64,000 nucleotides of DNA from Nitrospinales bacterium (GTDB taxonomy: Bacteria; Nitrospinota; Nitrospinia; Nitrospinales; VA-1), in assembly GCA_965223795.1 (NCBI GenBank), contig CBDCXL010000002.1, forward strand, positions 1,024,001-1,088,000. Reading direction: 5' to 3'. Position numbers and translations under genes: made by a program. Of the stretch, positions 25,566 to 36,028 are shown piece by piece (position 1 is the first letter of the stretch; each line of letters opens with the position of its first letter). The notes beneath the pieces are model-generated. The model was not told the origin of the DNA and made no database searches. It was given only the letters and a program-made list of their open reading frames with translations.

Positions 25566-27026
25566 ATGAATGCCTCCCAGCCAAATTCATGCACCGTCGT
25601 CAGGCGATACGGAGCCCGTACGATTCGGATCTGGTTCTTTTTCACCGTCCTTTTCGTTGCGGGAAGCGTGCTCGCCGTCGCTCAGGTGGAGAACATCTCG
25701 CGTGGAGAATTCATCGCCATCCTGGCGCGGCACCAGCCGGACAATCCCCTGCTCCCCAAAGACCACGCCAAACTCGCCGACGAAGCCCTTTATGCCCAAA
25801 CGGCCCTGAAATTGAAAAAAGCCGGATTCCCGGTTCTCGACGGCAAGGAGCAGAAAACCGTTTTGAAGGAAGCGGAGTACGTGACGCTGATCTACGCCTT
25901 CACGGGAGCGCCGTCGGGTAAAAGCCTGCTGGAGCAGAAGCTGTTCCTTAAGGATGCGGGGATCGTCGATTCGAAGGACATCGGTCTTGCGACCGGCGTG
26001 GAAGGCAAGGTGTACCAGACCTCGAAGGGAGACAATTTCAAACGGCGGACGCAGCTGGCTTCGCCGGTGTTTTTGAACGACCGCATCGACACCGCGGTGA
26101 ACTCCAAGGCCTCCTTCACGTTCGACGACGGCAGCACGCTGTCGCTGGCGGAAAACGCCAAGGTCAACATTTCCAAGCATATTTACGACCCGGAAAAGAA
26201 CAAGCGGCAGACGGTGATCAACGTCTCGCTGGGGGCGGTGCGCTTCGTCGTCACCAAAGCGAAAAAGGACAAGGGATCGTCGTTCCAGGTCGTCACGCCG
26301 GTGGGGATCGCCGGGGTCCGGGGCACGGAGTTCGTCGTCAGCGTGGATAAGGACGGCAAGACCACGTTCGTTGTTTTGGAAGGCACCATCGAAACGATGC
26401 CGGTGCTGCCGGACAAAAAGCTGGGCAAGCCGGTGGCGGTGACGCAGGGCGAGGTGCACCAGATCGACAAGGACGGCAAGACCACGGAAGTGAAACCCGC
26501 CAGCAAAGAACTTCTGCAGCAGGTCAAAAAGGAAACCTCTCCGCCGGCGACGGTGGACGTGTACCGGGGCATCACGCGCTCCATGGCCGTGGAGGCCGCC
26601 ATCGCCTCGAAAAAGTTCCGCCTCGCCAACAAGGGCAAGATTTTTCAGGACAGCGGCGATCCCGGAGATGGAAAAACAACGGGCCAACAGCCGGCCAAGT
26701 CCAGCCTGGCCTCGAAGACGCCGGCAACGCCGCAGCAGAACCTGCCGGCAAACGAAAAGAAAAAAGCCCCGGGCATGGTGTTTCAAAAATCGGCGGTGGA
26801 TGCGGCCCGCGAAATGGAAAACGCGCCTCAGGATGCGATGAAGGAAGCGCACCGGGCCGCGAAGGAAGCGGCGATCAAGGAAGTAAAAAAAGCCACGCTG
26901 GAAGAAGCCGCGAAGGAAGCCAAGGAAGAAGCGCGCAAGATGACGGTCCAGGAAGGCAAGAAGGCCGCGGACGAAGCGGCCAAACAGATGCTGCAGACTC
27001 CCGCGTCGCAATCCGCAACCCCCTGA
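25566..27026 (+). CDS. FecR-domain periplasmic protein with SLH-like N-terminal motif and low-complexity tail
   Basis: FDDGSTLSLAENAKV and VTPVGIAGVRGTEFVV FecR motifs; ISRGEFIAIL motif; K/E/A-rich C terminus. Start uncertain. Confidence 0.85.
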   Translation: MNASQPNSCTVVRRYGARTIRIWFFFTVLFVAGSVLAVAQVENISRGEFIAILARHQPDNPLLPKDHAKLADEALYAQTALKLKKAGFPVLDGKEQKTVLKEAEYVTLIYAFTGAPSGKSLLEQKLFLKDAGIVDSKDIGLATGVEGKVYQTSKGDNFKRRTQLASPVFLNDRIDTAVNSKASFTFDDGSTLSLAENAKVNISKHIYDPEKNKRQTVINVSLGAVRFVVTKAKKDKGSSFQVVTPVGIAGVRGTEFVVSVDKDGKTTFVVLEGTIETMPVLPDKKLGKPVAVTQGEVHQIDKDGKTTEVKPASKELLQQVKKETSPPATVDVYRGITRSMAVEAAIASKKFRLANKGKIFQDSGDPGDGKTTGQQPAKSSLASKTPATPQQNLPANEKKKAPGMVFQKSAVDAAREMENAPQDAMKEAHRAAKEAAIKEVKKATLEEAAKEAKEEARKMTVQEGKKAADEAAKQMLQTPASQSATP

Positions 27027-27403
27027 CCCCCTCCCCCTTGAAAGCCACTCAATCCGGCTCTGAGTTCGGCACAGAACGGTTCCCAATCCGTAAGCAAAGC
27101 CTGACCTCACTAAAGAAATCCGTGTGACTATTTTTTTTTATGCGTTCCCGGCCAGGCAGGGTTTTGCAATTGCCCCTCAGCAGGCGGCAAACAGCCGCTA
27201 TCGATTCTTCAAAGGCGGTGATGGGTGACACACTGCCGAAGTGCTTCTCTCATGCCCGGACAGGGCCTCACACGGGCCTGTCGATGCTTTCAACCAGACA
27301 GACGCATCGAAGTGCGCTTTTCTCCCTTGCGGGAAAGCGCGGCTCTATGCGCAATTTTTTTTGAGGGGTGGGTACTTGATGGAGGTGGACGGGCGCGCCC
27401 GCG

Positions 27404-28906
27404 TCACATGCGGAACTCGAAGCCCAACTGCAGGATGTTCTCGTCGAAGTTTGTGCTCGACAGGTTGGAGTCGCTGTTGATGTACTGGTAGTCCAGTTTA
27501 AGGTCGAGGCGCTTCATGATTTCCTGGGACAGCCCCATCTTCACGTAGAGCCGTTTGTCTTCGCGTTGTGCGCCGAGACCGGGGGTGATGTTGTCGTAAT
27601 CCCTGAGCTGGTATTCCACGGCCATGCCGAAGCGGGCCTGCCTCAGGACGGGCACTTTGTAGCGCACCGCGAACTGATGGCCCAGATAATCGAATTCCTC
27701 ATCCTTGGCGCTTTCCGACTCCAGCCGGTAGCCCATGGAGATGTAGGACTTGCGGTCTTTAAAGAACAGGAAGTGATCCAGGCCGACGCCGTGGTTCACC
27801 GCATCGCGTCGGTCGTCGGTGAAGTATTTCTTGTCCTGGAAGCTGTACTGGAAAAACGTGTAGGAATTGTTCAGCAGCGAAAGCCCGATTCCCGGATTGA
27901 TGTTGTGGATGCCCAGAAACCGGTCCTCATCCAGGGTGCTGACCGTGTAGCTGTAGTTGCTGTTGAAGTCGAACCGCCCGACCTTCCGGCCGCCGCCCAG
28001 GTTGAAGCGGTGCAGTTCCAGGTTCAAATCCTGACGGTCCTGATACAGCTGCTGGAACAGGCCGTAACCGGTCTCCGCACCGATGTCGCGGTTTTCGTAA
28101 TAGTCGTAGCTGCCTTTCAGGTCCGCGAGCCAGGAAATCTGTTTCGAAGACCCCGGCAGCACCGAATCGCGGTCTTCCACATCCACCGGGGTGTCGAGAA
28201 AGGAAAATCCGAAACTGGTGCCCAGTGTGCGGTGGCTGCTGCTTTCCACCGTGCGCTCCTGCAGGATGTCGAGAAACTGCTCGGAGTTTTTCGCGGTCTC
28301 GCTGCGGGGGTCGACGCGCATCGCCAGTGCAAAGGTGTCCCTGGCCTTGCGGCTCTCGCCCATTTTATGGTTGTTGAGTCCGATGTTGAACAGGGCCAGC
28401 TGGTTGAATTCGCGATCCTGTCCCATTGCCTGGCGGAAGAACGCGTTGGATGCGCCAAAGTCTTCCTTGCGCTGGTACAGAAGCCCCGAGAAAAAGTTCG
28501 CCGGGCTGTTGTCGGGCTCGTTTTTCAACACGCTGGAAAAATGATGCAGCGCGAGATTGTATTTTTTCAGGTTGTAGTAGGCGATGCCCAGGCTCAGGTG
28601 GGCTTCCGTGAAGTACGGATCGAGCTGGATGGCTTTGTTGAAATACTGGATGGCGCGGCTGTAGCGCTCGAGCTTGCTCAGCTTCAGGCCGATCTGGTAA
28701 TAGCCGAGGGGCGACGTGGGCACCTTGCGTTCCAGGCGCGCGACGCGTTCTCCGGAAACTTTCGCAACCGTTCCGACTTCCTTTTTTTGGTAGCTGGAAG
28801 CGAGGTCGAACTTTCCGGCCGCGGCTGTTGCGGGTCCCATCCACACGAACAGCGCCAGTAGCGAGCAGGGTATCCAGTGAATGTTTGATTTCAAGTGTCT
28901 AGCCAT
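27404..28906 (-). CDS. TPR-repeat outer-membrane beta-barrel protein (DUF560/Slam- or NsrA-like architecture)
   Basis: Signal peptide; several TPRs; alternating beta-strand C-terminal half ending LGFEFRM. Confidence 0.8.
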   Translation of the reverse strand: MARHLKSNIHWIPCSLLALFVWMGPATAAAGKFDLASSYQKKEVGTVAKVSGERVARLERKVPTSPLGYYQIGLKLSKLERYSRAIQYFNKAIQLDPYFTEAHLSLGIAYYNLKKYNLALHHFSSVLKNEPDNSPANFFSGLLYQRKEDFGASNAFFRQAMGQDREFNQLALFNIGLNNHKMGESRKARDTFALAMRVDPRSETAKNSEQFLDILQERTVESSSHRTLGTSFGFSFLDTPVDVEDRDSVLPGSSKQISWLADLKGSYDYYENRDIGAETGYGLFQQLYQDRQDLNLELHRFNLGGGRKVGRFDFNSNYSYTVSTLDEDRFLGIHNINPGIGLSLLNNSYTFFQYSFQDKKYFTDDRRDAVNHGVGLDHFLFFKDRKSYISMGYRLESESAKDEEFDYLGHQFAVRYKVPVLRQARFGMAVEYQLRDYDNITPGLGAQREDKRLYVKMGLSQEIMKRLDLKLDYQYINSDSNLSSTNFDENILQLGFEFRM

Positions 28907-29824
28907 CCGGTTGAGGCGGTGAGAGTGATCAAGAGCTGCCCCCCTGAATCGGTGAAATTATACCCGGTTTATCCTGAGATTCAACCTTTAACCACCCCTC
29001 TGATAACCCCCAATTATTCATAGCCTTGCAGACCGTTTTTTGAGGCCCCCGCGGCCGCCGGAAACGGCCGTGTTAAGAGGGCGGATATTGCGTTTCGGAG
29101 GCCCTATGCAAATGCTTGCAAAATCGGCGCGAACACGGCTTAAAGCCCCTGATTTCAAATGTTGTTTGAATCACACTTTTTTGTGACTCGCATCCTTGTC
29201 CTACCCCGTTCGAGGTACTATCTTAGGGCTACGATCGCATTGGGGCTTGGACAGAAAGCGCGATCGATTGGGAAACGACCTCGAAATTCCCGAAAGGGAT
29301 TGACGATACAAGGTCCGCCAGCAAAGTTTAATCTCCAAAACTTTGTTCTCCGGTTATTGACCAGATAACCTCCCTCCTTTTCCGGCCATTTGGTCAATAA
29401 CCGGGACGCGGACCTCACTTTTCAGGCGCCGCCCGGAGCCGAAGTCCCGCTCGCAGATGGGGCGCGGCCCGTAGCCGCCGGGGAATCCGTATTGGAGCGG
29501 CCTTCCCGGCAGGGAGCCGGGTCCCTTTTTGGACGCTCCGCAACGCTTATCTGCGCCGCCAGGATCCGATACTCGTTTCCTGAGCCGTCGCGCCGCACGG
29601 ATTGCGGGCCTAGACCGGGCCAGCATGAAATCACCGCCGCACCCCGCACCAAATCCATTGAACTATATAGATTTAGAGCAACGCTGCGCGGAAGGAAAAA
29701 CGCTGATTTCCGCGTATCCCTTTATTAATCATAACAAAAATATATAAAAATTATAACTAAAATCACCAAAACTGACAGAAGACTGTGCTAATATTGGTCC
29801 CATAATCAAATTCCGGAGGAGGCC

Positions 29825-30604
29825 ATGATGATTCGTTCCGTCTCTGTATTCATCCTGTCGTGTTTTGTTCTGTCCTGCACGCACCCGCCCGCGCCAGCCG
29901 CCGATTCGGCCGCGAACGCGCCGCGTGCGGAAGAAGCGGGGCTGTTTTCCACCTCCTCGTCGGTGTCCAACCAGGAATACCTGCTGGAAGAAGCGGTCAA
30001 ATTGCTCAATGGCATGATCCACGCTCCGCACCGCACCGTGAACCAGGAAATGCTCGGTCACGCCAAGGGCATCGCGCTGTTTCCATTGGTGGTGGAGGAG
30101 GAATACACGAGCAAGGCGGCGTTCGGCAACGGCGTGGTGTCTCTGCGCTCGCCGGATACCGGAGAATGGGGGCCGCCCGTCTTCCACAAACTGATGGGCG
30201 TGACGTTCGGCCAGTGGGCCGGGCTCACCGCCTGGGACATGGTGTTCGTGGTGGTGTCGGATAAAGGCCGCACTGCTTTGACCCGCCCCGCCTACCAGTT
30301 CGGCCAGGAGATCAGCACGGCCTACGGGCCCATGGAAATGCACGCGAAAACCGTCCGCCCCTACCTCAGCAAACGCGATCTTTACGTGTATTCCCGCGCG
30401 CAGGGGGCGTTTGTGGGCATTTCGCCGGGCGGCGGCATGATCAACAACCTGGAAGGGTTCAACAAAAGCCTATATGGAGGCGCCTACACGCCCCAGGATA
30501 TCCTGCTGCAAGAGAAGGACATCCCCCTGCCCCCCGCGGCGAAGAAGTTCATGCAGGAGCTGAACCGGCTCGCGCCTAAGGCCAGCGACAAGAACGCGAC
30601 CTGA
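29825..30604 (+). CDS. Ysc84/SYLF lipid-binding domain lipoprotein
   Basis: Lipobox VLSC; AKGIALFP, GEWGPPVF, FGQWAG, DMVFVV and YVYSRAQGAFVGIS motifs. Confidence 0.8.
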   Translation: MMIRSVSVFILSCFVLSCTHPPAPAADSAANAPRAEEAGLFSTSSSVSNQEYLLEEAVKLLNGMIHAPHRTVNQEMLGHAKGIALFPLVVEEEYTSKAAFGNGVVSLRSPDTGEWGPPVFHKLMGVTFGQWAGLTAWDMVFVVVSDKGRTALTRPAYQFGQEISTAYGPMEMHAKTVRPYLSKRDLYVYSRAQGAFVGISPGGGMINNLEGFNKSLYGGAYTPQDILLQEKDIPLPPAAKKFMQELNRLAPKASDKNAT

Positions 30605-30635
30605 ACGGCAGACCGGGGGTTCTAAACTCGAATCG

Positions 30636-30680
30636 AAAAAAAAAGCCGATCCGGAATGTTCCGGACCGGCTTTTTTCTTT
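30636..30680. terminator. Bidirectional intrinsic terminator
   Basis: A run, GCCGATCCGGAA-TG-TTCCGGACCGGC stem, T run; between convergent genes. Confidence 0.8.
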
Positions 30681-30713
30681 CCGGCAGCGCGTGATCTCAG
30701 CCGGGAGGCCGGT

Positions 30714-31520
30714 TCACTGCGGGATGATGTTGATGAACTTGAGTTTCGGCAGCGTCGCGGCTTTTTCAATCGCCAGGGCGGTGTCGATGTCGATCGGGTT
30801 GTTCACCGCTTCCAGAGTTTCCAGGTTCCTCAAGTTCTGCGATTGCAATATGGCCCGCATGCCTTCAGCGCCGATCTGGTTCTTATAGATATCGAGGCTT
30901 TTCAGATTGCCAAGATGCGGCGAGGTGGCGATCGCTTTGGCGCCCGCGTCGGTGATGCCGTTGCCGTCCACGCTCAACAGGGTCAGCCCGGCGATGTTGG
31001 GCGACTGCATCAGCGCGATCAGGCCTTCGTCGCCGATGCCGTTGCGGGTGAGCTTGAGTTCCTTGAGGTTTTTCAGGTGCGGCGAGTCCGCGAGCTGTTT
31101 CGCCCCGGCGGCGGTGATGCCGTTGCCCCACAGATTGAGCTTCTCAACGTTGGCAAACGTATCCGATCCCGCCAGGATCTTCATGCCCTCGTCCCCCAGC
31201 TTGTTGCCGTGCAGCGCCAGGGAAACGACGTTTTTCAACTCCGGAGTGTTCGCCAGGACGGCCATGCCCTTGACGCCGATCTGCGAGCCGTTGAGATTGA
31301 TTCCCTTGCCGTCCGGGCTGGTGCGCTGCTGAATGTGCTTGGGAATGTCCGCGGGCGGGCCTTTGGGGCGCCCGTAACCGTGATGGCCGCCGCCGGGCTT
31401 GCCGCCTTTGCCGCCGGGAGGACCGCCCCGATCCGCCGCCGTGCCCAGCTCGGCGATCAGAAACACCAGTGCCAGCGGGATCGCCAGCTTCAATAGTTTG
31501 TGCATCGTTTTGTTCTCCAA
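30714..31520 (-). CDS. Secreted leucine-rich-repeat protein (RNI/GALA-like 28-aa repeats)
   Basis: Signal peptide; LxLxxNxIGDEGxxxLA repeats. Alternative start at 31505. Confidence 0.85.
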   Translation of the reverse strand: MENKTMHKLLKLAIPLALVFLIAELGTAADRGGPPGGKGGKPGGGHHGYGRPKGPPADIPKHIQQRTSPDGKGINLNGSQIGVKGMAVLANTPELKNVVSLALHGNKLGDEGMKILAGSDTFANVEKLNLWGNGITAAGAKQLADSPHLKNLKELKLTRNGIGDEGLIALMQSPNIAGLTLLSVDGNGITDAGAKAIATSPHLGNLKSLDIYKNQIGAEGMRAILQSQNLRNLETLEAVNNPIDIDTALAIEKAATLPKLKFINIIPQ

Positions 31521-31521
31521 A

Positions 31522-32340
31522 TCAGGGTCTCAAGACGCAACGGAAGCCGATGTAATTCTGTCTTTGATCGGGAATGGCCTTGCCGCGGATACCCGAACGG
31601 GCGAGGTCCATGTTCGACTGCCAGGACCCGCCCTTGATGACTTTCAATTCGGTGCCGTACATATCGTTTTCGTGCTGGTTGCCTTCGAACGGCAGATACC
31701 AGTCGGTGGTCCATTCGAACACGTTGCCCGCCATATCAAACGCGCCGTAAGGACTTTTGCCTTCCTCGATTTCACCCACCGGTGCGGGATAGCGAAAGCC
31801 GTCTTCCATGCCGCGCACGTTGGACAGGGTCGCGTCGTTCTCGTTGCCCCAGGGATAGTACCTGCCGTCGGTGCCGCGGGCGGCTTTTTCCCACTCTTCT
31901 TCGGTGGGCAGCCGCTTGCCTTTCCACTTGCAGTACTTCACGGCCTCCTGCCAGGTGATGCCCACCACCGGCTGATCGGGCTGGCTGAAGCGGGTGTTGT
32001 CCCAGAACTTCGGTTCGCGGCCGGGGACCGCTTCGAGAAACTGCCGGTACTGCTCGTTGGTCACCTCGTGTTTGTCGATGTAGTACGACTTCAGGTACAC
32101 CTTGCGCTGCGGCGTTTCGTCCAGGTACCACTCGCGCGAATCGGAAAAAAACGTCGTCAGCACCCAGTCGATGTCGGCGTCGCTGCTGCCCATGGTGAAC
32201 ACGCCATCGGGCACGAGCACCATGTCCTCGGGCGGATCGGCGGCGGGCGGATCGGCCTGTGCGGGAAACGCCGCGCATACAAGAAGCACGAACGCCCACG
32301 CCCAAACGCTTCGTTTTTGTTTCTGTTCGCTTCGCTGCAC
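31522..32340 (-). CDS. FGE-sulfatase-fold (SUMF1-like) exported protein, probably non-catalytic
   Basis: RLPTEEEWEKAARG, DMAGNVFEW, GGSW and GFRC motifs. Confidence 0.9.
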   Translation of the reverse strand: MQRSEQKQKRSVWAWAFVLLVCAAFPAQADPPAADPPEDMVLVPDGVFTMGSSDADIDWVLTTFFSDSREWYLDETPQRKVYLKSYYIDKHEVTNEQYRQFLEAVPGREPKFWDNTRFSQPDQPVVGITWQEAVKYCKWKGKRLPTEEEWEKAARGTDGRYYPWGNENDATLSNVRGMEDGFRYPAPVGEIEEGKSPYGAFDMAGNVFEWTTDWYLPFEGNQHENDMYGTELKVIKGGSWQSNMDLARSGIRGKAIPDQRQNYIGFRCVLRP

Positions 32341-32361
32341 GTTGAAACCGGAAATATTAAA

Positions 32362-32925
32362 TCAATTCGGGATCATGCCCGCCTGGCGCGCGTATTCAAA
32401 AATGTTGCCGGCCCGCACGATGGCCGCCACCTCGCCCAGCGATTTGAGTCCATATGATTTCTGCGTGGCGTGGTTGGTCAGGGTCTCGGCTTTCAGGTCG
32501 ATGGTCAGCGCGTCGCCGGTCCTGATTTCTTCCACCAGGCGCTTCTGCGATTCGAAGGGTATGAAAAACCCGCCGTCCACCGAGTTGCGGTAAAAGATGC
32601 GCGCGTAGGATTCGGCGACCACGGCCTGGATGCCCGCAATCTTCAGGCAGGCGGGGGCGTGCTCCCTTGAGGAGCCGCAGCCGAAATTCCTGCCGCCGAT
32701 GATGATCCTGAATTCCGATTCGAACCGGCCCTCCTCGACGAACGGACGGTTGCCTTCGGGCAGCCCGGCGGCGTCGCCGGGGACGCCGGACAACGCGAAC
32801 TTGCCGTAGTTCTTTTTCTCTTCCGGATCGGAAAGGCTGTACACCAGATGCTCGGCGGGGATGATCTGGTCGGTGTCGATGTCGTTCCCGAGCACGTAGG
32901 CGCGGCCTTCAATAATGGATTCCAT
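32362..32925 (-). CDS. leuD: 3-isopropylmalate dehydratase small subunit
   Basis: DIDTDQIIPA, NFGCGSSREHAP and ESYARIFYRN motifs; start set at ATG 32925. Confidence 0.9.
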   Translation of the reverse strand: MESIIEGRAYVLGNDIDTDQIIPAEHLVYSLSDPEEKKNYGKFALSGVPGDAAGLPEGNRPFVEEGRFESEFRIIIGGRNFGCGSSREHAPACLKIAGIQAVVAESYARIFYRNSVDGGFFIPFESQKRLVEEIRTGDALTIDLKAETLTNHATQKSYGLKSLGEVAAIVRAGNIFEYARQAGMIPN

Positions 32926-32939
32926 CCTGTTTCCTCTGC

Positions 32940-34241
32940 TCAGTTGTTCAAAAATTCCCTGGGATCGGTGATGCGTCCGGTCAGGGCCGACGCCGCGGCG
33001 GTGTACGGCGACGCCAGGTACACGTGCGCCTGCTTGGATCCCATCCTGCCGGGGAAGTTGCGGTTGGTGGTGGAGATCACCACTTCGCTGCCGTTGGTGC
33101 GGCCGAACGTGTCCTTGGGACCGCCCAAGCAGGCGGCGCAGGAAGGCTCGCCGAGCAGGGCGCCGGCCTCCTTGAAGATGTTGACCAGCGGCTCGCCGTT
33201 GATCGTCTCGGTGTGCAGGTCCGCCTCCACTTCGCGGGTCGCGGGCACGATGAAGGTGTCGATCTTGACCTTCTTGCCCTTGAGCAGTTTTGCCGCGGCG
33301 ATGAAATCGGTCAGCTTGCCGCCGGTGCAGGACCCGATGTAGGAGCGGTCGAGCTTGACGTCGCGGCACTCGCCCACGACCGCCTTGTTGTCGGGCGAAT
33401 GCGGCTTGGCGACGATGGGCTCCATCTTGGAGGCGTCGTAGGTTTTCTTGTAATAATAGTCGGCGTCCGGGTCCGACTCGTATAGCGTGCAGGGTTTGTC
33501 GGTGCGCTGCTTCACGTAATCGAGCGTCACGTCGTCCGCCTGGATGACGGCGTTCTTGCCGCCGGCCTCGATCGCCATGTTGCACAGCGTCATGCGCTCT
33601 TCCATGGAGAACTTCATGACGGCGTCGCCCGCCCACTCCATGCTGCGGTAGGTGGCGCCGTCAACGCTGATGTCGCCGATCACCTGTAACAATATATCCT
33701 TGGCCATGATGTAATCGGGGAAGGTGCCGGTGAACTCGAAGCGCATCGACTCGGGGACCTTGACCCACAGCTTGCCGGTTCCCAGGATGAACGCCGCGTC
33801 GGTGTTGCCGATGCCCGCGGAGAACATGCCGAACGCGCCGCTGGTGGTGCTGTGCGAGTCGGTGCCGAACAGCACCTCGCCGGGCCGGTTGTGGCCTTCC
33901 TGGGCGAGGGCGATGTGGCAGACGCCTTTGTAGTCGTCGGTGCCCACATCGTAATAGTACGGCAGCTGCTGTTCCTTGACGAAGGCGCGGATGATTTCGA
34001 TGTTGCGGTGCGCGTGGGTGTCGGCGGTGAACACGAAATGGTCGGGGATGATCACCACCTTTTCGGGATCCCAGACTTTGGCGTTCTCGCCGAACTGCTC
34101 TTTGAAAATGGCGATGGTGCCGGGTCCGCAGACGTCGTGGGTCATCAGCACGTCGACGTTGACCCAGACGTTGTCGCCCGCACGCACGCTGTCTTTGCCC
34201 GCGTGCGCCGCCAGTATTTTTTCCGTGATCGTCATTGCCAT
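32940..34241 (-). CDS. leuC: 3-isopropylmalate dehydratase large subunit (LeuC/HacA aconitase family)
   Basis: MTITEKIL, DSHS, IGSCTGG, PSCAACLG and STTNRNFPGRMG motifs. Confidence 0.92.
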   Translation of the reverse strand: MAMTITEKILAAHAGKDSVRAGDNVWVNVDVLMTHDVCGPGTIAIFKEQFGENAKVWDPEKVVIIPDHFVFTADTHAHRNIEIIRAFVKEQQLPYYYDVGTDDYKGVCHIALAQEGHNRPGEVLFGTDSHSTTSGAFGMFSAGIGNTDAAFILGTGKLWVKVPESMRFEFTGTFPDYIMAKDILLQVIGDISVDGATYRSMEWAGDAVMKFSMEERMTLCNMAIEAGGKNAVIQADDVTLDYVKQRTDKPCTLYESDPDADYYYKKTYDASKMEPIVAKPHSPDNKAVVGECRDVKLDRSYIGSCTGGKLTDFIAAAKLLKGKKVKIDTFIVPATREVEADLHTETINGEPLVNIFKEAGALLGEPSCAACLGGPKDTFGRTNGSEVVISTTNRNFPGRMGSKQAHVYLASPYTAAASALTGRITDPREFLNN

Positions 34242-34614
34242 GTTTTCTATCTCCTCCGGGCGGAGTGCCTCCGCGCGCTGTGGAATCGTATTTTATGCCG
34301 TGCGGCCTGAAATCCCAAAATGCCGTATCGGGTTGGGATTTCGATCTCCGGACGGGACACCGGGGCGGGCCGCCGTGCGCATTAAGAAGGATACGTTCTT
34401 TTATTGTACCCCCAAAATTCCCAACCGCCGTTTCGGGCAGGACCTGCGCTCACCGGGCGGGGCCCGGCTTCAGTTTTTCCGGAAACGTCCGTAAAGTCCT
34501 TAAAATACCACTTTCTCCGCGGGGGACGAATAAAATTTTGAAAATGATGGAATTTCAGGACTGGGAAGGCGAACCGCAGCGTCTCGCGGGCGCCGGTTTC
34601 CCCGGCGCGGCCCG

Positions 34615-35613
34615 ATGCTGAACCTGGCGCGGGAGACGTTCGACCGGCTGCGTTACCGTCTGCCCGAGAAGCCGAAAAACGTGCAGATCGAGGTCACGAA
34701 CCGCTGCAACATGGACTGCCCCATGTGCCCGCGCGAGGATTTGCCCATCCACCTGGAACACATGGAATGGGACACCTTCACGCAGGTGGTGGACCGGCTG
34801 GTGGACCGGGAGCCGCTGACGCTCACCGGATGGGGCGAGCCGTTCCTGCATCCCAAGATCTTCGAGATGATCGCCTACTGCAAGGTGCGCGGCCACCGGG
34901 TGCTGATCACCTCCAACGGGCTGTTCGCAAAACCTGACATCGTGGACCGGATTTTACAGTCCGACCTCGATGTGCTCACCTTCTCGCTGGACAGCGTCGC
35001 GGGCAACGAAAACGTGGAGCACGGCCACACCAACGCCTCGGTGAACCGCAACATCGAGACCCTCGCCGCCCGGCGGGACCGTGCGAAACTGTCTCTGCGT
35101 CTCCAGGCCACGCTGCACGCGGGCTGCGAGGACGACCTGTACGGAGTGATCCGTTTCGCCGGGCAGCTCGGCATCGAGACGGTCAACGTGGGACGGCTGG
35201 ACAACGCGCACGCGCCCGATCTGAAGCGACCGGGCCCGGACGCGGAAAAACGCATTTACCGCACCGCGCAATCGGCCGCCGACGCGGCGGGGGTGCAGCT
35301 CGACTGGCTGCAGTACGCGGTGTCCCGCGGCCCCACGCGCTGGGCGTACCGGCTGCTGCGCAAACGGCTGCACCGTTCCGGCAAATACTGTCTCAAGACC
35401 TTCGACAACGCCTACATCAGCCGCGAAGGCCACGTGACGCCGTGCTGCCTGCTGCCGCAGGCGCAAATGGGCAACGTGCTGTCGGAGGACCTGAAGTCCA
35501 TCTGGCAGAGCGGCAAGTTCAACGAATTCCGCGAACATTACCGCGACACCTGCGGTTCCTGCGATCTGTGGACCATCGACCAGGTCTCACCGGGCCCCGC
35601 CCGGGAGGAATAA
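34615..35613 (+). CDS. Radical SAM protein with SPASM/Twitch domain
   Basis: CNMDCPMC (CxxxCxxC), GWGEPFLHP, and C-terminal C..GHVTPCC..CGSC. Confidence 0.9.
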   Translation: MLNLARETFDRLRYRLPEKPKNVQIEVTNRCNMDCPMCPREDLPIHLEHMEWDTFTQVVDRLVDREPLTLTGWGEPFLHPKIFEMIAYCKVRGHRVLITSNGLFAKPDIVDRILQSDLDVLTFSLDSVAGNENVEHGHTNASVNRNIETLAARRDRAKLSLRLQATLHAGCEDDLYGVIRFAGQLGIETVNVGRLDNAHAPDLKRPGPDAEKRIYRTAQSAADAAGVQLDWLQYAVSRGPTRWAYRLLRKRLHRSGKYCLKTFDNAYISREGHVTPCCLLPQAQMGNVLSEDLKSIWQSGKFNEFREHYRDTCGSCDLWTIDQVSPGPAREE

Positions 35614-36028
35614 GTCCAACCCGTAACGGCATCTTGAGTTTTTTCGGCACACGTCCAAAGAACGTTTTGTTGCGCGTGGAGGCGCTCGGCCGGGCCCTGC
35701 CCGGGAAGAATAGGCCAATCCCATACAGCGGTTGAAGTTCGCCCGGCATATTGCGACCGCGCGTTCTTCTTCCTCAAGCGACCCATTTTCTTTTACCTGG
35801 CTTAAAACAACGCTTTTCTGCACGTGGAGACACTCCCCCGCGCCCTCCCCGCCTGATTTGTTGCCTCCCTCCCGGTTTTCTGTAATATCATTGAAAGCAT
35901 TGCCCTTTTGATGTAGGGTAGCCGATTCGCTCTATCACGATCGCCGTTTTCGACCCGGCTTTTGCGGAACGCCGCGCCCGACGCGGGCCCGCAAGGCGGG
36001 TCCACACTCGCAACCCGACCGGTTTTCC

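Noticed and set aside
27027..27403. c-di-GMP-I riboswitch
   Set aside because: GGCAAAC and GCAAAGCC fragments occur but in the wrong order, without the GNRA/receptor stems.
29171..29186. Crp binding site
   Set aside because: The sequence is TCACA-N6-TGTGA, with half-sites in reverse order relative to TGTGA-N6-TCACA.
32362..33636. 424-aa LeuD with N-terminal extension
   Set aside because: The extension overlaps leuC in another frame; the real start is ATG 32925.
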